A DNA stretch of 64,000 nucleotides, from NCBI GenBank assembly GCA_964402215.1, contig CAYOAT010000001.1, positions 134,703-198,702 on the forward strand, written 5' to 3'. Source of the DNA: an uncultured Candidatus Saccharibacteria bacterium. GTDB taxonomy: Bacteria > Patescibacteriota > Minisyncoccia > Phycocordibacterales > JAACPR01. How positions within the stretch are numbered: position 1 is the first letter of the stretch; each line of letters begins with the position of its first letter. Under the pieces are notes generated by a model. The model saw only the letters and a program-made list of their open reading frames with translations, had not been told where the DNA came from and did no database searches. The position numbers and the translations under genes are program-made. Shown here piece after piece: positions 48,409 to 58,748 of the stretch.

Positions 48409-49053
48409 TTAATCATTAGACAAAGTTGATTCGATCGAGGCCTTAAAACTGCTTAGTGCATCAACCAAAGATTCTTTTGCAGATTTAATCACATTTTTTG
48501 CTTCTACAAACAATGAATGAATTTCTTCTTTACTACTTTCCCCAATTTCAGAATCGAGTAAAGCTGATATTTCACCTTGTAGTGTTTCTATATTAACTTT
48601 TGCTTCATCAATCTTTTCTATCGCTGCATCAAGTTTACTTTGGGCTTCACTTACATCAGCCCCACGTTCGGTGGCGTTATCAATTCTTGTTTGAAATCTT
48701 TCAGCCACATTTGACAGTCTTTCAACAGCACCATTTAATCTATTTTTGATCACTTCAGTAAGGCGTTCAATTTTTTGTTGTCTTATTTGAGACATTTTTG
48801 CCTTTCGTTCGGCAACTTTTTCTTCTCGCTGTTCTTTTTTGGCTTCAAATTCAGTTCTTCTGTTTTCTATTCTCTCTTGGATATTTTGTTGCCTATCCTC
48901 CACTTTTTCTTGTCTTTCTCTTATGCGGTTCTCACGATTTGTTATTGCGCTCTCCGAGTCTTCTGCCACATCTTCTTCGGCCCAAGCTTTTTCTGCTATA
49001 ACAAAAGAAAAAACAGTTAGTAAAATAATTGTAAACCCAATAATTTTTTTCAT
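48409..49053 (-). CDS. Exported coiled-coil protein
   Basis: Signal peptide ending AWA, E/R/K-rich heptads. Confidence 0.7.
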   Translation of the reverse strand: MKKIIGFTIILLTVFSFVIAEKAWAEEDVAEDSESAITNRENRIRERQEKVEDRQQNIQERIENRRTEFEAKKEQREEKVAERKAKMSQIRQQKIERLTEVIKNRLNGAVERLSNVAERFQTRIDNATERGADVSEAQSKLDAAIEKIDEAKVNIETLQGEISALLDSEIGESSKEEIHSLFVEAKNVIKSAKESLVDALSSFKASIESTLSND

Positions 49054-49102
49054 AGTACTAATTTATATTAGTTAATAACTGTAATGTATTATACCAAATA
49101 CA

Positions 49103-49128
49103 AAAAACACCGCTTTTGCGGTGTTTTT
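49103..49128. terminator. Intrinsic terminator of ppa
   Basis: AAAAACACCGC-TTTT-GCGGTGTTTTT. Confidence 0.8.
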
Positions 49129-49141
49129 CAAATAAATTGTA

Positions 49142-49696
49142 TTATGACTCTTTTGGAGTACCAAATTTATCATCGTATAATTTCATTCCTTTCTTTACGG
49201 CCTCATATGCATCTTCTTTGCCTTTTACTCCATTAATTTCGACTTTCACTTCCTCACCATCTTTCTTTAATTGTTTGTATGTCTTAAAGAAATGTATGAT
49301 TTCTTTGATTTTATGGCCATTTATATCTGCCAGGTCCTGTGTGTCATCCCAACGTCTATCTTTTTCCGGAACACCGATAACCTTGTAGTCTGATTCGCCG
49401 TCATCAATCATTTCAATGACCGCAATTGGTCTAACTTTAACCAAAATTCCAGGATGTAATGGAAAAGTTGCTAGAACAACGACATCTAAAGGATCATTAT
49501 CATCCCACAATGTTTGTGGAACAAATCCGTAATCAAATGGATATGCTGCTGAAGAATAATTTGCTCGGTCAAGAGAAATTAGACCAGTTTTTTTGTTGAT
49601 CTCATATTTATTATTTGATCCACAAGGAATTTCAATAATAACGTTTATTAATTTAGGAACATCTTCTCCTCTTGATATTTCGTGCCAAAGGTTCAT
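49142..49696 (-). CDS. ppa: Inorganic pyrophosphatase (family I)
   Basis: IEIP..SNNKYE, YPFDYGFVPQT..DDNDPLD, DDGESDYK. Confidence 0.95.
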   Translation of the reverse strand: MNLWHEISRGEDVPKLINVIIEIPCGSNNKYEINKKTGLISLDRANYSSAAYPFDYGFVPQTLWDDNDPLDVVVLATFPLHPGILVKVRPIAVIEMIDDGESDYKVIGVPEKDRRWDDTQDLADINGHKIKEIIHFFKTYKQLKKDGEEVKVEINGVKGKEDAYEAVKKGMKLYDDKFGTPKES

Positions 49697-49728
49697 GTTT
49701 TTATTTTAAATTAAACTTTAATAATTAA

Positions 49729-50919
49729 TTATTCTGATTTTTCAGCTTCGGAAACTTGTTCTGTTATTACTGCTTCTACCTTTTTTTCATCTTCAACAAC
49801 AGCTTCAACGGGTTTTGCATCAGATACAACATCAATTTTCCATCCTGTTAATTTTGCAGCCAGTCTGACATTTTGACCACCCTTACCGATTGCTAACGAT
49901 TGTTGATCAGGACTAACTTTCACTCTTGCAATTCTAGTTTCAAGATTGGCATCAATTTCAATAATTTTTGCTGGAGAGAGGGCCTCGGCGATAAATTCAC
50001 TAGGAGTTTCTGACCACTCAATAATATCAATTTTTTCTCCACCAAGCTCTGACATTATTGTGCTAACTCGAACACCTCGTTGACCTACTAATGCGCCGAC
50101 AGGATCAACATGGTCGTCTGTTGAATGAGCGGCAATTTTTGATCTTGAACCAGCTTCTCTGGCAATTGCTTTGATCTGAACAGTTCCGGCATCAATTTCT
50201 GGAACTTCTGCTCTAAATAGTTCTTCCAAAAATTTTGGATGAGATCTAGAAAGTTTTAAAAATACACCATGATTTGTTTCATCAACTCTAAATAGATAAG
50301 CGCGGACACGCTCGCCTTGTTTAAATCTTTCACCTGGAATTTGCTCTTCATAATTAAGCATACCGACAGCTCTACCCATATCTAGGTAAATAGTTCCTCT
50401 CTCAATTCTTTCAACTGTTCCGGAAATTATTTCTCCTTCACGTTCACCAAATTCTGAAACAACAGAAGTTTTTTCAGCCTCGCGAATTTTTTGGGTTATA
50501 ACTTGTTTTGCAGTTTGCGCAGCAATTCGTCCAAAGTCGCTTTTCTTTTCAAGTGGGAAAGTCAATTCATCTCCAATTTGGGCGCCTTTTTTGATTAGGC
50601 GAGCTTCCTCAACGAAAATATGGTGTTCAGGATTGTATCTTGGTTTTGGTTCTTCACCTTCCTTTAATTCGGTTGGTTTATATTCTACGTCGTCCATAAT
50701 AACGCCGTCTTTGTCCACAACGATTTTTGATTGCCAAAATTCAACATCACCGCTGTCGATGCTAAATTTTGCCTTTATAATCTGGCCTTTTTTGCCGTAT
50801 TCTTTCTTGTATGCAGTACCAAGAGCCATTTCTATTGCTTCTAGAATTTTGGCTTTTGGTATTCCACGTTCTTCCTCCATCTGCGATAAAACCGCATTTA
50901 TTACTTTTAAATCGAACAT
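49729..50919 (-). CDS. nusA: Transcription termination factor NusA
   Basis: FGRIAAQTAKQV, AREAGSRSKIA, LAIGKGGQNVRLA; probable start 50919. Confidence 0.96.
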   Translation of the reverse strand: MFDLKVINAVLSQMEEERGIPKAKILEAIEMALGTAYKKEYGKKGQIIKAKFSIDSGDVEFWQSKIVVDKDGVIMDDVEYKPTELKEGEEPKPRYNPEHHIFVEEARLIKKGAQIGDELTFPLEKKSDFGRIAAQTAKQVITQKIREAEKTSVVSEFGEREGEIISGTVERIERGTIYLDMGRAVGMLNYEEQIPGERFKQGERVRAYLFRVDETNHGVFLKLSRSHPKFLEELFRAEVPEIDAGTVQIKAIAREAGSRSKIAAHSTDDHVDPVGALVGQRGVRVSTIMSELGGEKIDIIEWSETPSEFIAEALSPAKIIEIDANLETRIARVKVSPDQQSLAIGKGGQNVRLAAKLTGWKIDVVSDAKPVEAVVEDEKKVEAVITEQVSEAEKSE

Positions 50920-51084
50920 ATTCAGTTTTGTTATTTTTAGTGAAACTTTTGGCTCCACCGCTTTTAAAAAAATTAGTCCGCGGTTAAGCGAACTGTCCTT
51001 GATAGATAAGTAGATATTATCACATTCAATATTGTGTGGCAATTTTGTTATCTTATCTATTTTATTTTGATATAATTACAGCAA

Positions 51085-52821
51085 ATGTTCATCGATGAAA
51101 ATAAACTTAAAGAATTCATAATTGATTCGGGTATAGTGACTCGAGATATTATTGATCGTGCGGTAGAAAATGTTGGAAAAGATGATAAGAAGAGCATTGG
51201 TGATTATCTTGTTAGCGAGGGAATAATTTCAGAAGATGAACTTAAGAGGGTGCAGGCTTATATTCTTGGAATTCCTTTTATTGATGTTGGTTCACAGAAA
51301 ATTTCTATTGAAGTGTTAAGTTTAATTCCAGAACCAATTGCCAGAAAAAATAATATTGTTGCCTTTAATAAAGATGCAACAAGTTTGGAAGTCGCAATGT
51401 TGGATACTGATAATCTCGGTGCGATTGATTTTATAAAGAAAAAAACTGGTCTAAAGATTCTACCAAGACTAACTTCGACAGAAGGCTTGAAAAAAGCACT
51501 TGTTCAATATCAAAAAAGTTTGAAAGATGATTTCGGGGATTTGATCAAGCAAGAGATGGTAAATTTGGGGCAAGCAAGTTCTGATGATCCAGAAAGTCTA
51601 AAAAAAGTAGCTGGTGGTTTACCTGTTGTGAGAATTGTTGATACATTGTTGAAACACGCATTACTTCAGGGTGCTTCTGATATTCATATCGAGCCAGCCG
51701 AGGATAATGTCATTGTTAGATATCGGGTGGATGGACTTTTGCATGATGCGATGACTTTGCCAAAAAATAGCAGTTCGGCGATTGTGGCAAGAATAAAGGT
51801 TTTGGCTAGTTTAAAACTTGATGAAAAACGTTTACCGCAAGACGGCCGTTTCAGAATGGATTTGGACGGCGAAAAAGTTTCTTTCCGTGTCTCAATTTTG
51901 CCAATTTCATTTGGAGAAAAAATTGTTTTGAGAATTTTAAGAGAAGGTGCGGGTGGTTTCACACTTGAATCACTTGGTTTTCACGGCGATGGATTAGAAA
52001 AACTTCATCATGCGTTGAAACAAACAACAGGAATGGTTTTGACTACTGGTCCGACAGGTTCTGGTAAAACAACAACTTTGTATACATTGATTGATTTGTT
52101 GAACAGTCCAGATGTAAATATTTCTACTATCGAGGATCCAATCGAATATCAAATGGCCAGAGTTAATCAGACTCAGGTTAAACCAGATATTGGTTTTACT
52201 TTTGCTAATGGATTACGTTCATTAGTTAGACAGGATCCAGACATTATTATGGTTGGTGAAATTAGAGATGGTGAAACGGCCGGGTTAGCGATTAACGCTG
52301 CTCTGACTGGACATTTGGTTTTATCAACGCTGCACACAAATAGCGCCGCTGGTGCGATTCCAAGACTTATTGATATGGGTGCGCAAAGTTTTCTATTAGT
52401 TTCAACAATAAAAGTTATTATTGCTCAAAGATTAGTTAGAAAACTTTCGGCAAGTAAAGAAAGGTATTTCTTGAAGAAAGCTGGTGTTGATCAACTGGCA
52501 AAGATAGCAAATCTTGATCGTCTACATAAAGTTTTGGTAGATGAAAAGATTATTTCAGAAAACACCAATTGGATGCAAATTCCATTTTATCGACCAATTA
52601 TATCCGAGAACGAGGATGGATTTTTCGGCCGAATTGGAATTCATGAAATATTGAACGTTTCAGAAAATATCCGTGATTTAATTATTAAAAACGCAACTTC
52701 AGAAAAAATTGAAGAACAGGCCAAAATAGAGGGAATGTTAACAATGATTGAAGACGGTATATACAAGGCGATTCTTGGACAAACAACAATAGAAGAAGTC
52801 TTGAGAGTTGTTTCCGAATAA
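51085..52821 (+). CDS. pilB: Second GspE/PilB family ATPase
   Basis: ASDIHIEP, EKRLPQDGR, GPTGSGKTTT, VRQDPD, LSTLHTN; upstream of pilC. Confidence 0.9.
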   Translation: MFIDENKLKEFIIDSGIVTRDIIDRAVENVGKDDKKSIGDYLVSEGIISEDELKRVQAYILGIPFIDVGSQKISIEVLSLIPEPIARKNNIVAFNKDATSLEVAMLDTDNLGAIDFIKKKTGLKILPRLTSTEGLKKALVQYQKSLKDDFGDLIKQEMVNLGQASSDDPESLKKVAGGLPVVRIVDTLLKHALLQGASDIHIEPAEDNVIVRYRVDGLLHDAMTLPKNSSSAIVARIKVLASLKLDEKRLPQDGRFRMDLDGEKVSFRVSILPISFGEKIVLRILREGAGGFTLESLGFHGDGLEKLHHALKQTTGMVLTTGPTGSGKTTTLYTLIDLLNSPDVNISTIEDPIEYQMARVNQTQVKPDIGFTFANGLRSLVRQDPDIIMVGEIRDGETAGLAINAALTGHLVLSTLHTNSAAGAIPRLIDMGAQSFLLVSTIKVIIAQRLVRKLSASKERYFLKKAGVDQLAKIANLDRLHKVLVDEKIISENTNWMQIPFYRPIISENEDGFFGRIGIHEILNVSENIRDLIIKNATSEKIEEQAKIEGMLTMIEDGIYKAILGQTTIEEVLRVVSE

Positions 52822-52825
52822 TCTT

Positions 52826-54046
52826 ATGGAAATTGAATACGAATACAAAGCAATAGATGCAAACGGTAATTTGGTTACTGGTTTTAAAATTGCAGCAGAT
52901 GAAATTTCTCTTGGAAAGGATTTGTTGCAAGATAAATTAAAACTAATTTCAGCCGATCAGGCGTCAAAATTTAGTAGCCGTTTAATTATGAATAAATTAA
53001 ACGCACTTGGTCGAATTTCTGAACACGAAAAAATTGTTATGTATAGAAATCTAAGTTCGATGCTCGAGGCCGGGTTGCCTTTGACAAGAGCGCTGTCTGT
53101 AATGTATCGACAAACTAAAAGTAATATTTTCAGAAAAATTCTTGGCGAAATTACTGAAAATGTTAAGAAAGGTTTAAGCTTGTCAGATTCTCTTGGAAAA
53201 TTTCCAAAGATTTTTAATACTTTAATGACTTCCATGGTTAAATCTGGGGAGGAGTCCGGAAATATGGTGCAATCTTTGCGAGTGACGGCTGACCAAATGG
53301 AAAAAACTTATTTGTTAAAGAAAAAGGTTAAGGGCGCTATGGTTTATCCTTGTTTCATTATTTTTGCCATTACCGTAATTGGTTTTTTAATGATGATTTA
53401 TGTGGTTCCTGTTTTAACTAGCACTTTCACAGAATTAAGCATCGATCTGCCAGCAACAACACAATTTATTATTAATGTAAGTACTTTTTTGCAGAATAAT
53501 TCTGTTGTCACTCTGCTATCTATATTATTAGTGATTACACTTATGACTTGGTTTTTTAAAACAAAGACTGGCAGGATAATGCTGGATTGGGTGGTAATAA
53601 GAACTCCTGGTATTTCACCAATTGCAAAAGAAATAAACTCTGCCAGAGCGACAAGAACTTTGGCGTCACTGCTTTCTTCCGGTGTTCCATTTATGAGAGC
53701 ATTAGAAATTTCGCGGGACGTTATTCAAAATTCTTATTACAAAGAAGTCCTTGAAAAAGCCATGAAAAATATAGAAGATGGTCTGCCGATTTCAAAGGTT
53801 TTTGCAGAAAATCAAGATTTATTTCCAACTTTCGTTTCTGAAATGATGGCTGTCGGTGAAGAAACAGGTGAACTTGATTCAATGTTGCTGCAGGTCGCTA
53901 ATTTTTATGAAGAAGAGGTGGACCAAAAAATGAAAAGTATTTCTACAATTGTGGAACCAGTTTTAATGATAGTTGTTGGAGCCGCAGTTGGATTTTTTGC
54001 CCTTTCAATGATCAGTCCGATATATTCTTTGACTGAAAGTATCTAA
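52826..54046 (+). CDS. pilC: PilC/GspF inner-membrane platform protein
   Basis: Duplicated GEESG/GEETG repeats, KGAMVYP, IVEP. Confidence 0.92.
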   Translation: MEIEYEYKAIDANGNLVTGFKIAADEISLGKDLLQDKLKLISADQASKFSSRLIMNKLNALGRISEHEKIVMYRNLSSMLEAGLPLTRALSVMYRQTKSNIFRKILGEITENVKKGLSLSDSLGKFPKIFNTLMTSMVKSGEESGNMVQSLRVTADQMEKTYLLKKKVKGAMVYPCFIIFAITVIGFLMMIYVVPVLTSTFTELSIDLPATTQFIINVSTFLQNNSVVTLLSILLVITLMTWFFKTKTGRIMLDWVVIRTPGISPIAKEINSARATRTLASLLSSGVPFMRALEISRDVIQNSYYKEVLEKAMKNIEDGLPISKVFAENQDLFPTFVSEMMAVGEETGELDSMLLQVANFYEEEVDQKMKSISTIVEPVLMIVVGAAVGFFALSMISPIYSLTESI

Positions 54047-54103
54047 TTTTTATTCTTTTTCTATACAATATGGGCGTGTGGTTTTATGTTAATATATTTA
54101 TCA

Positions 54104-54709
54104 ATGGCTACTAAAAAAGCATCAAAACTTAATCAGATGAAAAAAGTTCGTGATGAGATTTTTAATTTAGTCGAGTCTCCTTTATATGCAGAGCGCGTAG
54201 CAAATGGAGTTTTTCCAGTTATCGGCGACGGAAATCATGATGCAAAAATTATTTTTGTTGGTGAGGCCCCAGGAAGGAATGAAGCGAAAACCGGCCGGCC
54301 ATTTTGTGGTGTTTCCGGAAAAGTTTTGGATGAGTTATTGAAACATGTAGGAATTAATCGCGATGATATATACATAACTAATATTGTAAAAGACCGCCCA
54401 ACAAATAATAGAGATCCGAAACCAGAGGAAATTGAAATTTACGCGCCATTTCTTGATCGACAAATAGATATTATAAAACCAAAAGCAATCGTCACACTTG
54501 GGCGCTTTTCGATGGACTATATAATGAGAAAAATGGGTCTGGAGGCAGAATTACAGACGATTAGTACATTGCATGGAAAGAAATTTTATTCAAAAGAGAG
54601 AAAATTATTTGTTGTACCGTTGTACCACCCAGCAGTTGCTGTTTATAATCGGAACATGTTACCGTCCCTAAAAAAGGATTTTGAAGTTTTAAAAGAAATT
54701 TTGAAGTGA
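54104..54709 (+). CDS. Uracil-DNA glycosylase, family 4-like
   Basis: VGEAPG..E..TGRPF, YITNIVK.RP, YHPA. Confidence 0.9.
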   Translation: MATKKASKLNQMKKVRDEIFNLVESPLYAERVANGVFPVIGDGNHDAKIIFVGEAPGRNEAKTGRPFCGVSGKVLDELLKHVGINRDDIYITNIVKDRPTNNRDPKPEEIEIYAPFLDRQIDIIKPKAIVTLGRFSMDYIMRKMGLEAELQTISTLHGKKFYSKERKLFVVPLYHPAVAVYNRNMLPSLKKDFEVLKEILK

Positions 54710-54755
54710 TCTAATAATTTGGAATCATTATCAAAAATGGTTACAATTAGCTGAT

Positions 54756-55535
54756 ATGGACAAAAAAAATCTCTTAAAAAATAGAAAACTTGTTGTTGCA
54801 AATTGGAAAATGAATCCTAATAACCTTGCTGATGCCAGAAAAATTTTTTCTGACCTAAAGAAAAAAAATCTTAAAACACCAAAGACAATAAACGTAATTT
54901 GCCCCCCAAGTATTTTTCTTGGTGATTTGGCCAGCGATTATACCGGAACAAAGTATGTTTTTGGCGCCCAGGACGTTTCATATAAAAAAGAGTCAGAATC
55001 AACAGGGGAAATTGGAACAGAAATTTTGAAATCAATCGGAGCAAGCTTTGTTATAGTCGGACATTCTGAAAGAAGAGCTATCGGTGAAACGAATGAAATA
55101 GTGGCAATGAAAATGAAAGTGGTTGTCGATAGCGGATTAATACCAATTTTGTGTGTGGGCGAGAGTGAAAGAGATTTTTCTGGACAATATTTACGATTGA
55201 TAGAAGAACAAATTCATGTTTCACTTTCCAAACTTTCAAAAAACGATATTAAAAAAATAATTATCGCTTATGAACCTGTTTGGTCTATCGGTGCTGGACA
55301 CAAAGCAATGATTTCTAATGAAGTTCATCAGATGAGTTTATTTATTAAAAAAATATTAACTCGAATTTACAATAGAAAGGACGCCATGAATATGCCGATT
55401 TTGTATGGCGGTTCTGTTGATGTTACTAATTGCAAGGAAATCGTTGAATCTGGGGAAGTCGATGGTTTACTGATTGGACGAGCGAGTCTAAATCAATTTG
55501 TTTTTCTAGATATTCTAAAGGAATTAAATAAATAG
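54756..55535 (+). CDS. tpiA: Triosephosphate isomerase
   Basis: NWKMN, GHSERR, AYEPVWSIG, LYGGSV. Confidence 0.96.
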   Translation: MDKKNLLKNRKLVVANWKMNPNNLADARKIFSDLKKKNLKTPKTINVICPPSIFLGDLASDYTGTKYVFGAQDVSYKKESESTGEIGTEILKSIGASFVIVGHSERRAIGETNEIVAMKMKVVVDSGLIPILCVGESERDFSGQYLRLIEEQIHVSLSKLSKNDIKKIIIAYEPVWSIGAGHKAMISNEVHQMSLFIKKILTRIYNRKDAMNMPILYGGSVDVTNCKEIVESGEVDGLLIGRASLNQFVFLDILKELNK

Positions 55536-55537
55536 AA

Positions 55538-55597
55538 AACCACTATTAATTTATTTTTTTGTTACGGCCGCGCGTCTCAAATAAATTAATAGTGGTT
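55538..55597. repeat. Perfect 19-bp inverted repeat with GC-rich 22-nt loop
   Basis: AACCACTATTAATTTATTT 55538-55556 / AAATAAATTAATAGTGGTT 55579-55597. Confidence 0.75.
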
Positions 55598-55604
55598 ATG
55601 ATAA

Positions 55605-55754
55605 TTAGTTTTTGGAAATTTTATATTTTTTGATAATAAAGTTTATTGGACCTTTTGATAAATCTGCAATTACCGTACAAAAGAACCAAATACAATAAAT
55701 TACCCATAGATAAAATATAGAACCCCAAACAAATTTCATAATTATATTTTGCAT
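55605..55754 (-). CDS. Putative 49-aa single-TM small protein
   Basis: MQNIIMKFVWGSIFYLWVIYCIWFFCTVIADLSKGPINFIIKKYKISKN, preceded by AGGAG; below the ORF-track cutoff. Confidence 0.45.
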   Translation of the reverse strand: MQNIIMKFVWGSIFYLWVIYCIWFFCTVIADLSKGPINFIIKKYKISKN

Positions 55755-55856
55755 TTTTCTCCTTTTATAAAAAACAATCTGTCGCGATTATGACAATTTG
55801 GAATAATATTTTAATAAATTTACTTTAAAGATTTGTAAAAATTCTCTGATTTTAAT

Positions 55857-56270
55857 TTACTCAATTGCTACAATAATTTTCTTTGCTATTTCTGCCATCT
55901 CACCGTTTTTATAAGAAATATGATTATGTAGACCAGCATCGCCGTCTTTTCTTGGAATAATATGAATATGTGCATGAAAAACGATTTGCCCCGCTGATTT
56001 TTCATTGTTCATAATAATATTTATGCCATCACAATTTGTCGCTTTTTTTATTGCCGGTGCGATTTTCTTTACTGTTTTAATCAAACTTTCTGCCGCGTTG
56101 TCAGTTAAATCAAAGATATTTCTGTAAGGATGTTTTGTGATTACAAGGGTATGGCCAACGGAATTAGGGTTTATATCAAGAAAAGCAAAAGTTTCGGAAT
56201 CCTCGTATATCTTTGTACAAGGAATTCCTCCTGCCACGATTTTTTCAAAAATTGTTTTTTCTGTTGTCAT
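55857..56270 (-). CDS. HIT family hydrolase
   Basis: AFLDINP..GHTLV, AGQIVFHAHIHIIPR. Confidence 0.93.
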   Translation of the reverse strand: MTTEKTIFEKIVAGGIPCTKIYEDSETFAFLDINPNSVGHTLVITKHPYRNIFDLTDNAAESLIKTVKKIAPAIKKATNCDGINIIMNNEKSAGQIVFHAHIHIIPRKDGDAGLHNHISYKNGEMAEIAKKIIVAIE

Positions 56271-56353
56271 TATTTTATTTATACTACCACCTTATTTTAA
56301 CAGAAATTTAACTAAACATTCTACTATTAGACTTGTGCTAGAATACGAAAACC

Positions 56354-58066
56354 ATGGAACATGAAATTTCTCCACAAATTGCAGCAGAAGACAGAAAAAA
56401 ACTCAATAAATATTCTGATGTCGTGGCTCAGTTGCTATATAATCGTGGATTTTTTACAAACGAAGCTGCCGAGGCATTTATTTCTGTTGATTACGATAAG
56501 GGAATTAATGATCCTTTTGAATTAAAGGATATAAATATTGCGATTGAAAGAATTTTACGAGCGATTACAGAAAAAGAAAAAATTTGTATTTATAGCGATT
56601 ATGACGCCGACGGGATTCCTGGTGCGGTTATTTTATCGGATTTTTTCAGAAAAATTAAATTTGAAAATTTCTTTGTTTACATTCCGCACAGAAATAAGGA
56701 AGGTTTTGGTTTGAATAAAAACGCTATTGAAAAGATTGCCGGTCAGGATGCTAAATTGATTATTACGATTGATTGCGGGATTAGCGATGTTTTACCAATT
56801 GCTTTTGCTGTTGAAAAAAATATCGATGTGATTATTACTGATCATCATGATCCAAATAATCATGAATCAAAAGCTCTTGCCGTCATAAATCCAAAACAAA
56901 AAGATTGTAATTACAAAGACAAAAATCTTTGCGGCGCCGGTGTAATTTTTAAAGTTGTTGAGGCTCTCATCAAAAAAAATAATTTTAATATTAATGGAGT
57001 AGTAATTAGTGCTGGCTGGGAAAAATGGTTATTGGATATGGTTGGGATTGCAACCTTATCTGACATGGTTCCTCTTGTCGGTGAAAATAGAATTTTTGCA
57101 AAATACGGCCTGATGGTTATGAGGAAAAGTCCAAGAAAAGGTTTTGTTCGTTTATTAAAAGAATGCAAACTCGACCAAGAAAAAATAGTTGAAGATGATG
57201 TTGGTTTTTCAATCGCGCCAAGAATTAATGCCGCTTCTAGAATGGATGAGCCAGAAACCGCTTATCGAATGTTATTTACTGATTCTGATGTTGAAGCTGA
57301 TGAAACCGTAAAACATTTACATAAAATTAATGCAGAAAGAAAAAGCGTCGTAGCTGTAATGGTAAAAGAAATTAAAAAGGATCTCGGTAAAAAACACGAT
57401 AAATCTATTGTGGTGAAAGGAAGTCCTGATTGGTCACCATCCCTTTTGGGTTTGGCTGCAAGCAGTATTGTCGAAGCCTACAAAATGCCGGTGTTTTTGT
57501 GGGGCCGTGGATGTGGTGAAAATTTAAAAGGTTCTTGTCGTTCTGATGGCTCTGTTGATTTGGTAAAAATGATGAATGAAGTTGGGTCAGGAATAATCGA
57601 CCAGTTTGGTGGTCACAAAATGGCAGGAGGTTTTATTGTTACTGATAACGGAGTTTTTACTTTATCCGATGAATTAGAAAAAGCTTATGAAAAAGCCAAA
57701 AATGATTTTGAAAAACAAAAAATAAAAGTTGATGCGGAACTTAACATTAACGATTTAACGTGGAACTTATTTAACGATATTCAAAAACTTGCACCATTTG
57801 GAGTTCAAAATGAAAAACCCATATTTCTATTTAAAGATTTAACCATTGAAAAAATTGATAATTTTGGAAAAGATAAAAACCATCTAAAAATTTCATTCAA
57901 AAAAAACGATGGTCGATTAATTACTGCAATAAAGTTTTTTGCTGAAGATCACGAACATTTATCCAAAATAGTTCCAGGCCAAAAAATTAATTTGATAGCC
58001 AATCTAGAAAAATCCGATTTTGGACGATATCCTGAATTAAGATTGCGAATAGTAAATATTCAATAA
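56354..58066 (+). CDS. recJ: Single-stranded DNA exonuclease RecJ
   Basis: DYDADG, TIDCG, TDHH, PRINAASR, GGHKMAGG, PFGVQN. Confidence 0.95.
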   Translation: MEHEISPQIAAEDRKKLNKYSDVVAQLLYNRGFFTNEAAEAFISVDYDKGINDPFELKDINIAIERILRAITEKEKICIYSDYDADGIPGAVILSDFFRKIKFENFFVYIPHRNKEGFGLNKNAIEKIAGQDAKLIITIDCGISDVLPIAFAVEKNIDVIITDHHDPNNHESKALAVINPKQKDCNYKDKNLCGAGVIFKVVEALIKKNNFNINGVVISAGWEKWLLDMVGIATLSDMVPLVGENRIFAKYGLMVMRKSPRKGFVRLLKECKLDQEKIVEDDVGFSIAPRINAASRMDEPETAYRMLFTDSDVEADETVKHLHKINAERKSVVAVMVKEIKKDLGKKHDKSIVVKGSPDWSPSLLGLAASSIVEAYKMPVFLWGRGCGENLKGSCRSDGSVDLVKMMNEVGSGIIDQFGGHKMAGGFIVTDNGVFTLSDELEKAYEKAKNDFEKQKIKVDAELNINDLTWNLFNDIQKLAPFGVQNEKPIFLFKDLTIEKIDNFGKDKNHLKISFKKNDGRLITAIKFFAEDHEHLSKIVPGQKINLIANLEKSDFGRYPELRLRIVNIQ

Positions 58067-58155
58067 ACAAGCCCTTTTTGTCGAATAGATTTGAAATGCT
58101 ATAATAAATATATATTTAAGCTACTTTAAGTTATTTTATTAATTAAAAACAAACA

Positions 58156-58746
58156 ATGAAAACATACGAAATAAAAAAATTTGATATTCCTGAATTAAAA
58201 GGTATTTCCTTAAAAAATATTGAAGAGCATTTAAAACTTTATGAAGGTTACGTAAAAAATACTAATTATATTCTTGGTCAAATAGATAAAATTTCTAATT
58301 CAGAAAATTTGGGTGATCAAGTTTATTCAATTACTGAATTACATAGACGATTTTCGTTTGAATTTGATGGAATGAGAAATCATGAATATTATTTTTCAGG
58401 TTTTGTTGGTGGGCCAAAAAATATCTCGGATGGCGCACTAAAATCAGAAATTGCATTGGAGTGGGGAAGTTTTGAGCGATGGTTAAATTTATTTAAAATT
58501 TTAGCAAAGACCAAGGGTCCAGGTTGGGCGATTTTATATAAAGATCCCGCAACAAACAAATTAACTCATGGGTGGGTTGACGAACAACATCTGGGTCATT
58601 TGACTGGCCTTTTACCTATATTATGTTTAGATATGTGGGAGCACTCTTATATCGCAGACTATTTGCCGAGTGGAAAAATTCAGTATATTGAAGATTTTTT
58701 TGCTAACTTGAATTGGTCAGTGATAGAGAAAAATTTTAAAGAATAA
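58156..58746 (+). CDS. Fe/Mn superoxide dismutase family
   Basis: EHLKLYEGYV, NHEYYF, GPGWA, LDMWEHSY. Confidence 0.88.
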   Translation: MKTYEIKKFDIPELKGISLKNIEEHLKLYEGYVKNTNYILGQIDKISNSENLGDQVYSITELHRRFSFEFDGMRNHEYYFSGFVGGPKNISDGALKSEIALEWGSFERWLNLFKILAKTKGPGWAILYKDPATNKLTHGWVDEQHLGHLTGLLPILCLDMWEHSYIADYLPSGKIQYIEDFFANLNWSVIEKNFKE

Positions 58747-58748
58747 AA

